Positions 59,775-64,000 of a stretch of DNA of 64,000 nucleotides are shown one piece after another. Source of the stretch: Podarcis liolepis (lineage: Eukaryota). The first letter of the stretch is position 1. Each line of letters opens with the position of its first letter. The DNA lies in assembly GCA_965112155.1 (NCBI GenBank), contig OZ218101.1; one strand, given 5' to 3'. The notes beneath the pieces were generated by a model, which made no database searches, was not told the origin of the DNA, and saw only the letters and a list, made by a program, of their open reading frames with translations. Position numbers and translations under genes: made by a program.

Positions 59775-61735
59775 TATGTCTCTATAAATGTTGGGTTATT
59801 AAAATCAATCTCATCTAGAAAATCATGTTTAATCAAATCCATGAGAACATAGGAATCTGCCTCATACCAAGTGAGACCCCTGGTCCACGTAGCTCAGTAT
59901 TGTGCACATTTGATGGCCAGCAGCTCTATCGGGTTTCAGGCAGAGACTCTCTCAACGCTATCTGGAGACGCCTGGGAATAAATCTGGGACATTCTTCATG
60001 GAAAGCAGATGCTCTGTGGCTGAGCTATGGCCCTCCCCTTTCGTTTGCATTAGTATCCTGTCTTTATAGCAGATCATGAAAGGAGTGTGTCACACCAGCA
60101 AAACAGCCTCTTGCATAGGAATAGGCCAGAGCAGGTCAAGCAGTAAGGCCACCCTAAGCCATTTAAGATTGGCAGCAACAGCAGCAGATATGTTCTATGC
60201 TTTTCACAATATTTTATTCTCTTGCTAATAATGTTCTTTTAAATGTGCATTTTATGTTTGACTTCCACTACTAACATTTTCTTTTGAAATGTTATGATTC
60301 TTTCGTTAGCTGTGTTAAATGTGCATTCTGTGGTTGACCTACTTTATAATGTTTTATTTTGACACGTTTAAGATAATTTTTTAGTTTCCTGTTAATTATG
60401 TTGCTTTGAATGCACACTTTATATTTGCCTTTCTTCTGTAATGCTTTTATTCTGGATTGTTTTGATGTTTTAATGTAGATTGTGAACTGCTTTGAGATTT
60501 TTTAAAATATATATATATATATATATATATAAAGTGGTATAGAAATGAAATGAAGATGATGATGAAGAAGAAGGCTGCTCCGAAAGCTTCAGAGTGGCCT
60601 CTGAGCTACAAAAATCCCAGAGAACTCAAGCGGATTGTTGTGTTTTGCTCAAGCTCTCCACCGAAGGGCAGGGGTGAAGTGGGGGGGTGAGGTGGTTTAC
60701 TGACTAACAGCTCTAGCTTCCAAGCAGGCAATATCTTTTTCAGGGCTTTCCATTCTATTTCCTATCACAGTGCTTTTTGGATACCTCAGGTTACAAACGC
60801 TTCAGAAATCGTGCTCTGGCAGTGCGGTGGCAGCGGGAGGCCCTATTCCAGAACGAATTAAGTTCTTAACCCGAGGTACCACTGGATAGAGAGCAGAAAG
60901 CTCTTCCTCCAGAACTCCCTACAAACTGTTTTTAACATATAAGCCCCTACACCAATCTTTTTGAAAGTTTGTAGGTGAACAATTTTGCCTACAGTCTCTC
61001 CTCAAAATCACTGGAAGGTAAGCAAATATATTGTTAGTTCTACCTCCAGGTCAGCTTTAAAGGCCCCCATCATTAAGAGCAGAGCAAATCAACAACAAAA
61101 CACCCTGCATCTATTGTTCTGAAATTTGGCAGGTATCTTGCATAAGGAAACTTCTATGTAAGCATCTTTCTATACAAATTTCCAAACAAAACAATATCCA
61201 TTTTTAAATCACTCAAAACTATAAAGATTGCCCTTGCAGGAAAACACCTGCTGCTATCCTGAATGTAGTGGTATAGATCTCCTCGAAGGGGCTATCATGT
61301 CTGAAATTTTCTTCCAATTCTGCGAAGACAAACTTGTAGCCTTTTTTAAACGTCCCTACATTTCTGAACAGGACCAAAGGCAAAATGGGTGAGCTCTGAT
61401 GCAGCCTGGATCAAATCAGATCACTTTTAAAACCACCTAATTCAGGTCTGAACAAAATGTTATGTGCTGCACATCCTTGTCAAAACCTCAAAATGTTAGA
61501 ATCAAAATATGAAAAAACAACAACCAATAGTTTCTTTTTGATAAACCTGGCCAGGAGCTTCCAGGAAGCCCAGCCTCCCAACAGCTCAATTGATGCAGCT
61601 TCCTGGGAAGGCGATGGGTGAGGTTGCAGGAACTTAATTCAGGACATTGCACACTCAACAGAATGAGTGCTTGATCGCCTCTGCTGGTTTGTTCATGCTG
61701 AGCCAGTACCCCTGCTGTCTCCTCTTCTCTCTCTC

Positions 61736-62065
61736 TGTTATGTACTGAGTTGAATAGGATCCAAACTGCAACATTCTGATTGATCCTAGAACAATAGGAT
61801 CCAAAATGCAGCAGTCTGATTGTTTCTAGAACAATGCAGCAGTATGATTGGTCGGCAGGAACCATCCAATCATGCTCCAGATAGAAGTGGATCCACAACC
61901 TGATTGGCCTACAGGAGAATTCCGGAATTAGCCAATCACGTGCAGCCCATTGTGAAAATAATGTATATAAAGCAGATACTTTGAGGGGACTTTCATTCTT
62001 CCTCCTCACAAACTATGAGCTGAATAAAGAGCATGAAATCCACTCTTGACTCTGAGTATATTTCA
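61736..62065 (+). mobile_element. Solo LTR (Gypsy/Ty3-like) with 5-bp TSD
   Basis: TGTTAT...ATTTCA; TSD CTCTC at 61731-61735 and 62066-62070; internal tandem repeats with CCAAT boxes, TATATAAA (~61964) and AATAAA (~62023). Confidence 0.8.
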
Positions 62066-63659
62066 CTCTCCTTCCTGGTAAGCAGCAGCAACTCAGCTGT
62101 CAGGAAGTCAGGTGAGCATCACTGCCCTGCAAGGCCACCTGCTACTGTCTGCTCACTTGTTTTACACAGAGAGACCCCCTAGTCTTAAAGACACACATTG
62201 ACTATCTGACCAGTTATAACTATGAGTGGTTTAGAACTTTAATTTACATTCCTATATTTCTCCTTCTGAGAATGTTCATTAAAACACTCCTGTTGCGAAC
62301 AATATACCTCATTCTGTGCCTGAATCATCTTGATCAATTATTTCCATGAAGGCTAAGCATGAAGAGGCAGGGTTGGGAGGCTCTATGTCTAAAGAAAGTT
62401 GGTTTCCTCCTAATCTACCCTCCAGATTTCTAACAGGATTGAATTACATTTTATCTCCTGAAGAATATTGAAGGTCTTAATTTCTTAATTAAGACTCGCA
62501 GCTTCTGAAATTAGTGTTTTCTTAAGGGTCATATCCTTAATTTCCATGTTTGTCTGCATATTATTTGAAGTCTACTTAATGAAACACTTTTAATGATATA
62601 ATTTAATACTTCATAAAATAGCTATCATTCTAATAATGTGTCAGTGTCAGCAATACAAATAATAGTCAGAAATTGTTCAATCAAAATATATTTGGAAAAG
62701 CTCTTCAAGTAATCAATATTAAACAACTATTTGCTTTCAATTAGGAATATGTGATTTTCTAATATCCCATTATTGAAAACATAATTTACAAATGATAACT
62801 CTAAACTGTGAAGTCATGTTGGTTGGATGTTTTACTGTTCTTGCTTTTTAAAAATATATAAATTTAACTTATGTAACTGTAGATGGTGCTATCTGTACAA
62901 CTGAAAGCATGAAAAAGAAAATACTTTAAAATCTTGGGGTGGGGGAATCGCTTGAATAAGAAAAGACTAAGAAAACCAAATAAACTATCTCAGGAAAGGC
63001 CACACAAGTTGTGCTCGAAAAATTAAAATGCCACTCATCTTATTACCTGCTAGGTGGTTCAAAATCTCATTGTGTGTTTTGTTTATATTCTGGTTTGTTT
63101 AATTTATCAAGCACCACAAACCTGGTATGTGAACAGATTTTCCATACTGAGCTCATTTATTATTATTTGGACTCAACTATTGCATTCTGCTCTTCCCAAA
63201 TTCTAGTTTCAGTTGGACAATCTCCAAAGTTAATTCCACAACTGGATGAAGGGCAATTTGCTGCAATATTCAGTTTCCTCAACTCACTTGCATTGTTCTC
63301 TACGGGTTGTATCCAATGAAACCATCCTGTATGAGCAAGGAGCCTCTCCTCTTCCTGAGGCACATCACCAGTGCCTCCCCCAGATCTGCTCCAGAGAGTT
63401 GGAGGAACCCTTAAAACAGGTTTGAAAGGTGAGAGGGAGAGGAAGTTCTGGTGCACAAGCGGAAGTCCTTGAACAAAAAGGGTGTCTTTGCTGGATACAG
63501 TGCAATGTTACCAGGGTGCACACGCTCATTGAGACGGAATGAAAGAAACAAGCACAGTATTGATTAGATTGTATGTATCAAAGATTTTAGGGTGTGTGTG
63601 ATTTACTGTCACTCAATCTCCCTTCTACCCCTTGCTTAATTAATTAATTAATTAATTTT

Positions 63660-63800
63660 TATAATGAATGATTTTAGAATGTTGTTTATGTTGTACTTTT
63701 GTACTGTTTTAGTGTTGTTAGCCGCCCGGAGCCCGGCTTCGGCTGGGGAGGGCGGGATATAAATAAAATTTATTATTATTATTATTATTGTTATTATTGC
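63660..63800 (+). mobile_element. L2-like/SINE 3' tail with (TTA)n
   Basis: GTTAGCCGCCCGGAGCCCGGCTTCGGCTGGGGAGGGCGGGATATAAATAAA followed by (TTA)n. Confidence 0.6.
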
Positions 63801-64000
63801 TTCCAGACTCCTGGAACTCCACATAATCCCACTGACTTGACTTTGCTTCTTGCTTCCTCAGAGTTTTCTCGTGATCCCCTGAAAGCTGACTTCTGTCCTT
63901 TGCCCTCCACAGAAACTGCCCTCACAAGAAATCACAAATGTTCGAATTTTTGCTGGATATGGATTCCCAGATGATCATGAAATATTATTGCTTAACGAGG

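Overview
Vertebrate genomic DNA with no host exon I can support. It is almost certainly squamate and probably a lacertid lizard, judging from BovB LINEs, Sauria SINEs, CR1, L2, squamate-type L1 tails, Penelope and hAT/Tc1-mariner MITEs. The dominant feature is a very young class I (gamma-like, ERV3/HERV-I-type env) provirus on the minus strand, 10208-16501, with two 383-bp LTRs differing at one base, a CTCT target-site duplication, a tRNA-Lys-type PBS and a PPT. The provirus is heavily rearranged. About 1.17 kb of host DNA replaces most of gag, all of pro and the RT catalytic core. An uninterrupted RT-thumb/RNase H/integrase ORF remains and starts at a host-derived ATG. env is cut down to a signal peptide plus SU. 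Between pol and env lies a 74-aa ORF with 16 cysteines, Tat-like CxxCxC and CCxHCxxC motifs and a stop that overlaps the env start (ATGA). The predicted cap site of the LTR begins a 14-bp RNA-sense-specific hairpin with a CACG tetraloop. Together these are a candidate accessory-gene/TAR-like module in a nominally simple retrovirus lineage. Other oddities are a ~0.9-kb inverted duplication, a possible DIRS/Ngaro relic, a full-length non-autonomous L1 derivative, a Penelope palindrome with a hammerhead-like core, and a SINE with a ~52-bp target duplication. Family assignments are from recall, not database searches.
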